Source of the DNA: an uncultured Gammaproteobacteria bacterium
GTDB lineage: Bacteria > Pseudomonadota > Gammaproteobacteria > DRLM01
Direction: 5' to 3'
Assembly (NCBI GenBank): GCA_963729605.1
Contig: CAVSNY010000002.1
Span: 64,001-128,000 of the forward strand
Length of the DNA stretch: 64,000 nucleotides
The number at the start of each line of letters is the position of its first letter. Within the stretch, counting starts at the first letter, position 1. Shown piece after piece: positions 21,270 to 31,065 of this stretch. The notes beneath the pieces were generated by a model. The model saw only the letters and a program-made list of their open reading frames with translations. It had not been told where the DNA came from and ran no database searches. The translations under genes and the position numbers were made by a program.

Positions 21270-21402
21270 GATGTGCGGCTCCTCGGCAGAGTGATCAAAG
21301 AGCGGCTAAAGATACAGGATGGCCGTCGCCTCGCCAATAAGCGCGGGGAGGCGAATTTCTTTATAATCGCCGTTCTTTCACCCAGCATGAGATGACAGGC
21401 CG

Positions 21403-23289
21403 ATGGCAGCGTGGGACATTCAGCAGGCAAGGGACACCTTCAATATCCCGCATTGGGGCGGCGAGTATTTCGATATCAACGACGAGGGGCATCTGCACGT
21501 GCGGCCTCGCCGTAACAGCGAACACCCCGGTATCGATCTGTTCAAGCTCAGCCAGGAGGCGCAGGCGGCGGGCCAGACCTTGCCGCTGCTGGTGCGTTTC
21601 TCCGACATTCTGCACGACCGGGTCGATACCCTGTGCGGCGCCTTCGCGCAGGCCATGCAGGTGGCGGGTTATCAAGGCCGCTACACCGCGGTCTACCCCA
21701 TCAAAGTCAATCAGCAGAAGAGCGTGGTGCAGGAAATCCTGCGCGACGGCGATCGGCGGGTGGGCTTGGAGGCGGGCAGCAAACCGGAGTTGATGGCGGT
21801 GCTGGCCTTGTCGCGGCCGGGCGGTGTGATCATCTGCAACGGCTACAAAGACCGCGAATACATCCGGCTCGCCCTCATCGGCAAACGGCTCGGTCATCGT
21901 GTTTATATCGTGGTGGAAAAACTCTCCGAATTGGCCGTAGTGATCGAGGAGTCGCGCAAACTCGACGTGGTGCCGCTGCTGGGTGTCCGCGTCAGGCTGG
22001 CCTCCATCGGCGCCGGCAAGTGGCAGAACACCGGCGGCGATAAATCCAAGTTCGGTTTGTCGGCCGCGCAGACCCTCGCCGCCGTGGAGCAATTGCGGCA
22101 GGCCAATTTGCTGGACTCCCTGCAATTGATGCATTTTCACCTGGGTTCGCAAGTGGCGAACGTGCGCGACATCCAGCGCGGCGTGCGCGAGGCGGCGCGT
22201 TATTACGCCGAATTGCATCGCCTCGGCATCGATATCCGCTGCGTGGACGTGGGCGGCGGCTTGGGCATCGACTACGAAGGCACCCGTTCGCGCAGTTATT
22301 GCTCGATGAACTACAGCGTGCAGGAATACGCCAACAACGTCATTCACACCTTGTGGGAGATCTGCGAACAGCAGGGCCTGCCGCATCCCGACGTGATCAC
22401 CGAATCGGGGCGGGCCATGACCGCCCATCACGCGGTGCTGATCACCAACGTCATCGACATCGAGCGGGCGCCGGTCGAGTCCGCCCTCGCCGCGCCCGGC
22501 GAGGACGAGCCGCATATCGTTCACGACTTGTGGCAGGCGCTGCAAAACCTCAGCATCCGCTCGGTGCTGGAGGTCTATCACGACGCCGAACATTGGGTCG
22601 GCGAGGCGCAAGCCATGTATACCCACGGCGTGTTGACCTTGGCGCAGCGCGCCCGCGCCGAGCAGTTGTTCTTCGCCATCTGCGCCAAGGTGCGCGGATT
22701 GCTGAAACCGGAGAGCCGCGCCCATCGCGAGTTGCTCGACGAATTGAACGAAAAACTCGCCGATAAATATTTCTGCAACTTCTCCTTGTTTCAATCTCTG
22801 CCTGACGTATGGGCCATCGATCAGGTGTTTCCCATCATGCCCCTGCATCGTCTCGCCGAACGTCCCGAGCGGCGCGCGGTGATTCAGGATCTCACCTGCG
22901 ACTCCGACGGCCGCATCGATCATTACGTCGATCGCGAAGGCGTGGAATCGAGTTTGCCCCTGCACGAAGTGCGGCCGGGCGAGCCGTATTTGATCGGGGT
23001 GTTTCTGATCGGCGCCTATCAGGAAATCCTCGGCGACATGCACAACCTGTTCGGCGACACCGACGCGGTGAACGTGGAACTCACCGCCGACGGCGGTTAT
23101 CGCCTGGTGCAGCCGCAGCGCGGCGACACCGTCGATGAATTGTTGCGTTACGTCCATTACGACATCGACGAGCTGTTGGCGAGTTATCGCGCCAAGATCG
23201 CCGCGGCGGAGTTGAGCGTCGAACAGCGCCGGCTCTATTTCGAGGAACTGGAGGCCGGTTTGCACGGTTATACCTACTTGGAAGAATGA
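21403..23289 (+). CDS. speA: biosynthetic arginine decarboxylase
   Basis: VYPIKVNQQ, GLEAGSKPEL, CNGYKDREYI, HFHLGSQ, DVGGGLGIDYEG, DLTCDSDG, GAYQEILGDMHNLFG. Confidence 0.97.
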   Translation: MAAWDIQQARDTFNIPHWGGEYFDINDEGHLHVRPRRNSEHPGIDLFKLSQEAQAAGQTLPLLVRFSDILHDRVDTLCGAFAQAMQVAGYQGRYTAVYPIKVNQQKSVVQEILRDGDRRVGLEAGSKPELMAVLALSRPGGVIICNGYKDREYIRLALIGKRLGHRVYIVVEKLSELAVVIEESRKLDVVPLLGVRVRLASIGAGKWQNTGGDKSKFGLSAAQTLAAVEQLRQANLLDSLQLMHFHLGSQVANVRDIQRGVREAARYYAELHRLGIDIRCVDVGGGLGIDYEGTRSRSYCSMNYSVQEYANNVIHTLWEICEQQGLPHPDVITESGRAMTAHHAVLITNVIDIERAPVESALAAPGEDEPHIVHDLWQALQNLSIRSVLEVYHDAEHWVGEAQAMYTHGVLTLAQRARAEQLFFAICAKVRGLLKPESRAHRELLDELNEKLADKYFCNFSLFQSLPDVWAIDQVFPIMPLHRLAERPERRAVIQDLTCDSDGRIDHYVDREGVESSLPLHEVRPGEPYLIGVFLIGAYQEILGDMHNLFGDTDAVNVELTADGGYRLVQPQRGDTVDELLRYVHYDIDELLASYRAKIAAAELSVEQRRLYFEELEAGLHGYTYLEE

Positions 23290-23429
23290 AGTCGCTGTAA
23301 GGCGCGGGATGATCGCCGGTTATTACCAGGCTAGCTCAGCCGTTGCCGCGAACCGGGCCGGTTTGGCAGATCAGGACCGATTGTGGCATGATGCTTTTCA
23401 CTATAAGAAACGCTATAAGGTGTGACGCC

Positions 23430-23975
23430 ATGAAAAAACTCGTTGCGCTGACATTGCTGACCTTGACGCTAGCCGGACTATCCCGCGCGGCGTCGGCCAT
23501 CGATTTCAATGTCGATATGAAAAAGGCGTATTACGGGGTGGCGATGTTCAATCCCACCTATAAAACCAACAGCAGCGACCATCGCTCCACCGGCTTGGTC
23601 GGACGGTTGGGTTATGACATCAGCAAACATTTCGCCCTCGAAGCGCACGTCGCGACGACCATCGGTTCGGAAGCCGCGGCCGATCCCGCCAAAGGTGAAA
23701 TGCAGATGTCCAATTTATACGGCGCCTTTCTGCGCGCCAACACCCAATATGGTTTGAGCCGTATTTATATATTGGCCGGTTATGCGCACGGCACCCGCAC
23801 GATCAGCACCCCTCAAAGCGCGTTCGAAGACGACGACAGCAACAAAGCCTTTGGTTTCGGCGCCGAAATCTCCGACGACGGCATGTTCAGCCTCGCCTTG
23901 GAGTGGATCAGATATTTCGACAACCGCCATTACACGTTAGAGGCGTGGAATCTCGGCATCGTTAGCCGCTTTTAA
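23430..23975 (+). CDS. small outer-membrane beta-barrel protein (OmpA-transmembrane-like)
   Basis: MKK signal peptide; GRLGYDISKHFALEAH; alternating aromatic strands; C-terminal Phe. Confidence 0.7.
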   Translation: MKKLVALTLLTLTLAGLSRAASAIDFNVDMKKAYYGVAMFNPTYKTNSSDHRSTGLVGRLGYDISKHFALEAHVATTIGSEAAADPAKGEMQMSNLYGAFLRANTQYGLSRIYILAGYAHGTRTISTPQSAFEDDDSNKAFGFGAEISDDGMFSLALEWIRYFDNRHYTLEAWNLGIVSRF

Positions 23976-24214
23976 GAGCGCCGCTGGTTAAACAATCGGC
24001 ATGGGCCGGGCAGTCATGCATTGTGAATGTGCGGATCCTTGAATCATCCCATCCTGAATGCCGGGTTTCTCGAAACGCGCGGCGTGTTCCAGCCGCTTTT
24101 GGGGCTTTCGCGGATTATCGCGCGCCCCTTTCTCCCGCATACGTCTTGCTCGCATCCGTACGCTGATTATTCCGAGTAATCAGGCGCGGCCAAGCCTGGC
24201 GACTCATCCGCGTA

Positions 24215-27200
24215 TTAATCGCGCCAAGTCAGACCGCGTATGCCGCTATAACCGGTGGTGCCGATGACATTGCCCGCGCCGCTGCCGGTGTTAATGGTGA
24301 CGAGCTGCGAAGTGGTGTCGTTAAATCCGTATAGAACAGCGCCATCGGGGTCGAAGGCCAGCGCGGTGATGCCGTCGTAACTCACGGCGGCCACCGCGCT
24401 GCCGGCGCCGGTGCCGGTATTGATGGTGATGAGTTCGTAAGTGTACGGGCCCGCGCCGGTGCCGCCGATGCCGTAGAGCGTGTTGCCGTCGAAGGCCAGC
24501 GCGCCGGGGACGTCATCGAAACCGATGGCGCCGACGCTGCCGGCGGCGCCGGTGCTGGGGTTGATGGTGAGCAATTGTCTGGTGGCGGTGTTCACCGCGT
24601 ACAAGATGTTGCTGTTGGCGTTGAAGGCCAGGCCTTCGACGCAGCAGGTGATGCCCAGATTGCCGATCGGCGTGCTGGTGCCGGTGGTGAGGTCCACGGT
24701 GACGAGTTTGCCGTCGTCGGTGTCGTTGACGATGGCGTAGTAAACGCCGCTGTTGGGATTGTAAGCGAGGCCGCTGACCGCGCCGAGGCCCAGTTGCCCT
24801 TTGGTGGTGCCGACGCCGCTGCCGGTGTTGAGTTGCAGCAGGCCCAGTTGATTGGCGCCGTAAAGACGGCCGTTGGTTTCATCATAGGCCAGGGCGCCGG
24901 TGACATCCTCGTGCAACACCCCGTTCGCCGGCCCTACCGCGCTGCCCGCTCCGGTGTTGGTATTGATGGTGATGAGCCGCGGCGTTTCGCCGGCGGGATC
25001 GGTGTTGATGCCGTAGAGAATATCGCCGGACGCATTGTAGGCCAGGCCTTCGACGTCGCCGAAGCCCAGGTTGCCCACCAGCGTTTTGGTGCCGTTCGTG
25101 GTGTCGAGCCGATACAGTTGATCATCGGCGAGATCGCTGGCGTAAAGCCTGTTGTTATTGGGATCGAAGGCCAGGCCGCGCAGATTGCCGGCGGGAGTGC
25201 CGATCTGGGTGGCCGCCGCCGTAGCGGTATCGATGCGATATAGGCGGGTGCCGGCGACGCCGTACAATATTTCGGCATTGGGATCGTAAGCCAAATCATA
25301 AAGAGTGCCGAAGACGCCGCTGATCTCGGCGATGGAGGTGGCGGTGCCGGTGTTGGGATGGACTTTTACCAAGTATTGTTCGCCGAGCGGATTGCTGCTT
25401 ACCCCGTAAAATAGCTGGCGGATGGCGTCGTAGGCCATGCCGCGCAATTGGCCGCCGGTGTTGTCGCCGAGGCCGGTGAGTCGGTAGTTCTCGCCCGTGC
25501 CGCTGATCTCGTCGATGACGATCAGTTGCCGGGTATCGCCGTCAAAACCGTAAAGCGTGTTGCTGACCATGTCATAAGTGAGGGCCGTCACGTCCCCGTA
25601 GCCCAGCGGGCCGACCAGGGTGGTGGTGGCGCTGGCGGTGTCGATCGTATACAGCTGACGCATACTGGTGGAGACGCCGTACAAAATAAAATTATTGGCA
25701 TCGAAGGCCAGCACCGGCAGGTCGGCGACACCAGAAAAGATGCCGATGGGCGTGGCGACGCCGCAGGTACTATTGAGGGCACAGCCGCTGGAGATGTCGA
25801 TGCTCAGCAAACTATTGGTCGCGACATCGCTGCCGTAGAGCAGCACGCCTTGGATGTCGAAGGCGAGGCCTTGCACATTGGTGCCGAAATCGCCGATTTC
25901 GGTGGTGACGTTGGTGATGGTGTCGTAACTGTAGAGGGTCGTGCCGTCGCTGCCGTAGATGAGGCCGTTGTTGGAGCTGAAGGCCATGCCCTTGCTGATG
26001 GGCGTCGGGCCGACCACGCTGCCGGTGCCGGTGTAGAAATTGATTTTCAGCAGTTCGCCCTGCGAGACCGCGTAAAGCGTATTGGCGTTGATGTCGAAGG
26101 CTAGCCCGCTGACGGCGGGGAAGCCGGCCAGGCCCGCGCCGGACAGGCGCAGGGTGACGGCGTTGGCGGGATTGATGCCGAGCAGCAGGCTGCGGTCGTA
26201 GCCCGCGCTGTTGGTCACGGCGCTCGCGATCAGGTTGGGACGGTCGTTGTCGTGCAGATGGATGTGGTAATCGGCGTGGGCGCCCAAGGTCGCGCCGATG
26301 CCGTTGGGATCGGTGAGGCGCAATTCGATGCTTTCCAGCGCTTCGATGGCGCTGTCGTTTTGAATGCCGATCGAGACCATCTGCGTGGTGTTGTCGGTGG
26401 AACCGGTGGGGAAGGTGACCCCGCCGGTCAAGAGGGTGTAATCGGAAATATTGGTGGCGGTGCTCGAAAAACGCGCATTGACGGTGGCGGTAATCGGCGC
26501 GGCCAGACTGACCGGCCCATTGAGGTTCATCCGCACCGGAATGCTGATCACGCCGTCCCCTTCGTGGACCACCGCGTCGCTGCCTATGAAATTCAGTGTG
26601 GTGATCGTGTCGTCGTCGATGATCTCGACGGTGACGGCCCTGACGGTGAGCGCGCTGTATTTCGGGTCGGCGCTGCTGATGCCGTGAGTGATGGTCGCGC
26701 TGTGCGCCCCTTCGATGGCGCCGTCGTTGACGGCGGTCACCGTCACGATTTGTGGGGTGTTCCAATTGGCGGGAGTAAAGGTCAGGGTGGTCGGACTGGC
26801 GGTGATTTGCCCGCCGAAACTCAAGGTGATGGTGGTGTCGCCGGCGGGTTGGCTGGCCAGGACGACGGTGTAGCTGTCGGTCGCGCCGCCCTCGGTGACT
26901 TGCGTGCTGCCGGCGCTTTCCGTGACCGTGACGCCCGCGGTGTCGTTGTCGGTGATGTTGACCGTGACGCTGCCCACCGCGAATTGATGATAACGCGTAT
27001 CGGCGCTGGTGACGTTGTGAACGATGACGCTGCTGTGATTGCCTTCCGATTCCGTGTCGTCGATGGCGGCCACCGTCACGATTTGCGCTTGATTCCAGTT
27101 GGCGGCGGTGAACGTGAGGGTGGGCGGCAGTGTGGTGAGTTGCCCGTCATGAATCATGGTGATGATGACGTCGGCGCTGGGCGCGCTGGTGAGCACCAGG

Positions 27201-27394
27201 GTGTAGGTGTCCGACGCCCCGCCTTCGGCTACGCTGGTGCCGCCGCCGCTGAGGGTCAACGTGATGCCGGGGCCGGCCGGAGCGGATGAACCGGAGCCGC
27301 CCGAGCAAGCGCTCAGCGCGGCCAGCGCGAGTAATAATCCGAATCGTGCCCACGGCATGCACGGTGCCCTCTGTGATTTTATTCGAGAGTCCAT
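24215..27394 (-). CDS. large lipoprotein with three Calx-beta-like domains and beta-propeller repeats
   Basis: LSAC lipobox plus GS linker; two ~110-aa repeats with LTFTxANWN and ITDND/IIDDD ends, a third Calx-like domain, then 14 repeats of (G/A)LA(F/Y)D-x5-LYG type; start may be 27358. Confidence 0.8.
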   Translation of the reverse strand: MDSRIKSQRAPCMPWARFGLLLALAALSACSGGSGSSAPAGPGITLTLSGGGTSVAEGGASDTYTLVLTSAPSADVIITMIHDGQLTTLPPTLTFTAANWNQAQIVTVAAIDDTESEGNHSSVIVHNVTSADTRYHQFAVGSVTVNITDNDTAGVTVTESAGSTQVTEGGATDSYTVVLASQPAGDTTITLSFGGQITASPTTLTFTPANWNTPQIVTVTAVNDGAIEGAHSATITHGISSADPKYSALTVRAVTVEIIDDDTITTLNFIGSDAVVHEGDGVISIPVRMNLNGPVSLAAPITATVNARFSSTATNISDYTLLTGGVTFPTGSTDNTTQMVSIGIQNDSAIEALESIELRLTDPNGIGATLGAHADYHIHLHDNDRPNLIASAVTNSAGYDRSLLLGINPANAVTLRLSGAGLAGFPAVSGLAFDINANTLYAVSQGELLKINFYTGTGSVVGPTPISKGMAFSSNNGLIYGSDGTTLYSYDTITNVTTEIGDFGTNVQGLAFDIQGVLLYGSDVATNSLLSIDISSGCALNSTCGVATPIGIFSGVADLPVLAFDANNFILYGVSTSMRQLYTIDTASATTTLVGPLGYGDVTALTYDMVSNTLYGFDGDTRQLIVIDEISGTGENYRLTGLGDNTGGQLRGMAYDAIRQLFYGVSSNPLGEQYLVKVHPNTGTATSIAEISGVFGTLYDLAYDPNAEILYGVAGTRLYRIDTATAAATQIGTPAGNLRGLAFDPNNNRLYASDLADDQLYRLDTTNGTKTLVGNLGFGDVEGLAYNASGDILYGINTDPAGETPRLITINTNTGAGSAVGPANGVLHEDVTGALAYDETNGRLYGANQLGLLQLNTGSGVGTTKGQLGLGAVSGLAYNPNSGVYYAIVNDTDDGKLVTVDLTTGTSTPIGNLGITCCVEGLAFNANSNILYAVNTATRQLLTINPSTGAAGSVGAIGFDDVPGALAFDGNTLYGIGGTGAGPYTYELITINTGTGAGSAVAAVSYDGITALAFDPDGAVLYGFNDTTSQLVTINTGSGAGNVIGTTGYSGIRGLTWRD

Positions 27395-27654
27395 TTCTGC
27401 CCTTTATCGATATAGTTAAGTGGCGAGATAGGCAACGGCTGGCCCGCTATAAAACTTGAGTGTAGCGGCCGCGGCGACAGACCCGGCTAGAGTAGCTTGC
27501 CGCAAGGTACGCCGCAATCGGCATAAGGCTTATATAAAATAAGTTTATGTCCGCCGCTCCATGAAATTAAACGAAGACTTGTGCCGGTGTTTTATTGATC
27601 GGTACTATGACCCTCCGGTAAAGGAAACGCTATGCGTCTCCAATGGAAGGATCG

Positions 27655-28719
27655 ATGAAAAATTTTCGCTGTATCTGCGGTAACCTGCTTTATTTCGAGA
27701 ATACCCAATGCGTCGCCTGCGGACACGTGCTGGGCTATGTGCCGGAACGCGGCGTCTTGAGCGCCTTGGAGCCGGCGGCGGGCGATACCTGGCGGGCCCG
27801 GTCGGCCGATGAGGCGGTTTACCGTCTGTGCCAGAACTACGCGCAGGCCCATGTCTGCAATTGGCTGGTGCCGGCGGCCGATCCCAACCCGTTCTGCCGG
27901 TCTTGCCGTTTGGACCGGATGATTCCGGATCTGACCCTGCCGCGCAATCACACCTTGTGGCATAGGGTGGAATCCGCGAAACGCCGCTTGTTGTACAGCC
28001 TGTACTCGTTGAAGCTGCCGGTGGTGGGTGAGGCTGAAGATCCCGTGAACGGCCTGGCCTTCGCCTTTCTCGCCGACCCCGTACCGGCGGACTCGTCTTA
28101 TGACGATGAACAATTCCGCCAAGTGCTGACCGGCCACGATCACGGTTTGATCACCCTCAATATCGCCGAGGCCGACCCCGGCGCGCGCGAGCAGATGCGC
28201 GAAGCCATGAATGAACGCTATCGCACCTTGCTCGGCCACTTCCGCCATGAGAGCGGGCATTATTATTGGTTCCGCCTGGTGCGCGACAGCCGCTGGCTGG
28301 GGGAATTTCGCGGCCTGTTCGGCGATGAGCGGCGCGACTACGCCGCGGCCTTGAAGAATTATTACGAGACGGGCAACGAAGGCCGTTGGCGCGAGCGTCA
28401 CATCAGCGCCTACGCCTCCTCCCATCCCTGGGAGGATTGGGCGGAGACCTGGGCGCATTATCTGCACATGATCGATACCCTGGAAACCGCCGAGGACGCC
28501 GGCATGATGATGGGCGGCCGCAAAATCCGCTCGCTGACGTCCGCCCCCGATTTGCAATTCGAGGAATTGCGCGACGACTGGGCGCGCCTCACCCTGACCA
28601 TGAACGCGGTGACGCGCAGCATGGGCATGGCCGATCCCTATCCGTTCGTGGTGTCGGATCACGCCGCCAACAAGCTGCGCTTCGTGCATGATTTGGTGCA
28701 TGAGATCGGCGGGGTCTAG
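27655..28719 (+). CDS. zinc-ribbon / putative zinc metallopeptidase (DUF2248-like)
   Basis: CxCG..FENTQCVACG zinc ribbon; VLTGHDHGLITLNIAEAD, RTLLGHFRHESGHYY (HExxH), SAYASSHPWEDWAETWAHYLH. Confidence 0.85.
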   Translation: MKNFRCICGNLLYFENTQCVACGHVLGYVPERGVLSALEPAAGDTWRARSADEAVYRLCQNYAQAHVCNWLVPAADPNPFCRSCRLDRMIPDLTLPRNHTLWHRVESAKRRLLYSLYSLKLPVVGEAEDPVNGLAFAFLADPVPADSSYDDEQFRQVLTGHDHGLITLNIAEADPGAREQMREAMNERYRTLLGHFRHESGHYYWFRLVRDSRWLGEFRGLFGDERRDYAAALKNYYETGNEGRWRERHISAYASSHPWEDWAETWAHYLHMIDTLETAEDAGMMMGGRKIRSLTSAPDLQFEELRDDWARLTLTMNAVTRSMGMADPYPFVVSDHAANKLRFVHDLVHEIGGV

Positions 28720-28763
28720 CCGGCGGCTGGAAAACACGCCGTGCCGTTACAACGCGGCGGCGA

Positions 28764-29507
28764 TTATTCGTCCTTCGGTTCCCATTCGAAACGGCTGAGG
28801 CCGTTGAAGGCCCGCCGCAGGCCGTCGTTCCAGCGCCGCTGTATGCGCCGGATCAGCGGTGAATTGGCTTCGAGGGTCAGGTGGCGCTCCATGGCCAGCG
28901 TATCCTTGCGGTAAAACGCCAGTTCCAAGGGCGGTCCCACCGAGATGTTGGAGCGCATGGTGGAATCCAGCGACACCAGCGCGCAACGCGCCGCGTCCTC
29001 CAGACTGGTGTCGGGGGTGATGACCCGATCGAGTATCGGTTTGCCGTATTTCGATTCGCCGATTTGCAGATAAGGCGTTTCCGGCGAGGCGGCGATGTAA
29101 TTGCCCTGCGGATACACCAAGTAAATATCGTGAGCCTTGCCGCGGATCTGTCCACCCAAGATGAACGAAGCCTCGGCGCTGGCGCCGGTCTGTTTCAAGG
29201 CGTCGGCGTGTTCCTGCTGGACGCGGTGGCTGACCGCGCCGATGTAATGGGCGGCGTCGAACAGATAATCCACGCTGTTGAGGCTGACCGGCGCGGCGGG
29301 ATCGTCCAAGTCGCGTTTGAGGGTATTGACCACCGCCTGCGAGGTGGCCAGGTTTCCCGCCGTGAGCAGCACGAAAAAACGCTCGCCCGGTTTACCGAAG
29401 ACGTGCATTTTGCTGTAGGTGCTCACGTAATCCACGCCGGCGTTGGTGCGCGAGTCGGACGCCAGGATCAGGCCGGAGTTGACTTTGATGGCGAGGCAGT
29501 AGGTCAT
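28764..29507 (-). CDS. Anbu proteasome-type (Ntn-hydrolase) protease
   Basis: M-T-Y-C start with Thr nucleophile; DSRTNAGVD, AGNLATSQ, QIGESKYGKPILDR, DSTMRSNISVG. Confidence 0.92.
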   Translation of the reverse strand: MTYCLAIKVNSGLILASDSRTNAGVDYVSTYSKMHVFGKPGERFFVLLTAGNLATSQAVVNTLKRDLDDPAAPVSLNSVDYLFDAAHYIGAVSHRVQQEHADALKQTGASAEASFILGGQIRGKAHDIYLVYPQGNYIAASPETPYLQIGESKYGKPILDRVITPDTSLEDAARCALVSLDSTMRSNISVGPPLELAFYRKDTLAMERHLTLEANSPLIRRIQRRWNDGLRRAFNGLSRFEWEPKDE

Positions 29508-29614
29508 GGCGAAAATTCGCTCGTTTATTATGCGGGTCCATCATAAGAGCTGGTGCTGGTTTCGTCCAGCCGCGCTCGCTGGGCAGTGCCGCTGCGGCGG
29601 TGTATAGTTGCCAC

Positions 29615-31063
29615 ATGGCTATACGCTGGAAAGAATACTCCACTCGCGGTTTGTACGATGAGTTGTTGCGCGGGGGCGGACGTCCGCGCGAGGCCGCGGC
29701 TTTTCTCTGCCGCTATCTGCGCACCTTGTCCGATCAGGATTTGCAGGGACGCAAGGCGGCGGCCGAGTTGGCGATGCGCGTGATGGGAATCACCTTCACC
29801 GTGTATTCCGAGCAAGGCGCTTCCATCGACCGGGTCTGGCCCTTCGACATCATTCCGCGGGTGATCGCCAAATCGGAATGGGACCGCATCGAAGCCGGAT
29901 TGAAGCAGCGCGTCCTCGCCCTCAATCTGTTCATTGACGACATCTATCATCAACAGCGCATCGTCAAGGACAAGGTCTTCCCGGCGGAGATCCTGGCCGG
30001 CTCGAAAAATTTCCGCGAGCAATGCGTCGGCGTCAAACCGCCGCTGGGGATTTGGGCGCATATCTGCGGCTCCGATCTGGTGCGCGACAAAGACGGTACG
30101 CTGTATGTGCTGGAAGACAATCTGCGCGTGCCGTCCGGCGTATCCTACATGCTGGAAAACCGCCAAGTGATGAAGCGGATTTTTCCCGAGCTGTTCCAGG
30201 CGGCGGGCATCCTGCCGGTGGATGATTATCCCTCGCAGCTTTACGATTGTCTGGTCTCGCTGTCGCCGCGACCGCTGGCCCAGCCCGAGGTGGTGGTGCT
30301 GACGCCGGGCATCTACAACTCCGCCTATTTCGAACATGCCTATCTCGCCCAGCAGATGGGTGCCGAGCTGGTGGAGGGGCGCGATCTCGTGGTCGGCGAC
30401 GATGACTGCGTGTACATGCGCGCGGTGGAGGGCCTGACCCGGGTGGATGTGATTTACCGCCGCATCGACGACCTGTTTCTCGATCCCGAGGCCTTCGATT
30501 CCCATTCCATGCTGGGGGTGCCGGGGTTGATGCGGGCCTGGAAAAAAGGCAAGGTCGCCCTCGCCAACGCGCCCGGCGCGGGCGTGGCCGACGACAAGGT
30601 GGTGTATGCCTTCGTGCCGGCGATGATCCGTTATTATCTGGATCAGGAGCCGATCATTCCCAACGTCGAAACCTATTTGTGTTCCGATCCCAAGGCCCGT
30701 GATCATGTGCTGGCCAACCTGCACGAACTGGTGGTGAAGCCCGCCAACGAATCGGGCGGTTACGGCATGTTGATCGGCCCGCAGGCGAGCAAAAAGGAGC
30801 GCGCGCATTTCGCCAAGCTCATCCGAAAAGATCCGCGTAACTACATCGCGCAACCGCTGCTGACGCTCTCCACCGCGCCGACCCTCATCGGCAATCAAGT
30901 CGAGCCGCGCCACCTCGACCTGCGGCCGTTCATCCTGTCCGGCCAGCAGGCCTACGTGACCATGGGCGGTTTGACGCGGGTCGCGTTGAAAAAAGGTTCG
31001 ACCGTCGTCAATTCCTCGCAGGGCGGCGGCAGTAAAGACACCTGGATCGTGGACGGAGCGTAG
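29615..31063 (+). CDS. circularly permuted type 2 ATP-grasp protein
   Basis: GITFTVY, PFDIIPR, VLEDNLRVPSGVSYMLENR, YNSAYFEH, VDVIYRRIDD, NAPGAGVADDK, VVNSSQGGGSKDTW. Confidence 0.93.
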   Translation: MAIRWKEYSTRGLYDELLRGGGRPREAAAFLCRYLRTLSDQDLQGRKAAAELAMRVMGITFTVYSEQGASIDRVWPFDIIPRVIAKSEWDRIEAGLKQRVLALNLFIDDIYHQQRIVKDKVFPAEILAGSKNFREQCVGVKPPLGIWAHICGSDLVRDKDGTLYVLEDNLRVPSGVSYMLENRQVMKRIFPELFQAAGILPVDDYPSQLYDCLVSLSPRPLAQPEVVVLTPGIYNSAYFEHAYLAQQMGAELVEGRDLVVGDDDCVYMRAVEGLTRVDVIYRRIDDLFLDPEAFDSHSMLGVPGLMRAWKKGKVALANAPGAGVADDKVVYAFVPAMIRYYLDQEPIIPNVETYLCSDPKARDHVLANLHELVVKPANESGGYGMLIGPQASKKERAHFAKLIRKDPRNYIAQPLLTLSTAPTLIGNQVEPRHLDLRPFILSGQQAYVTMGGLTRVALKKGSTVVNSSQGGGSKDTWIVDGA

Positions 31064-31065
31064 TC

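Noticed and set aside
23384-23400. TGGCATGATGC upstream of the beta-barrel gene as a sigma54 promoter
   Set aside because: No GC at the required 10-nt spacing.
29580-29596. GG-N10-GC before the ATP-grasp gene as a sigma54 promoter
   Set aside because: Weak flanks in GC-rich DNA; a sigma70-type TGGGCA-N17-TATAGT fits better.
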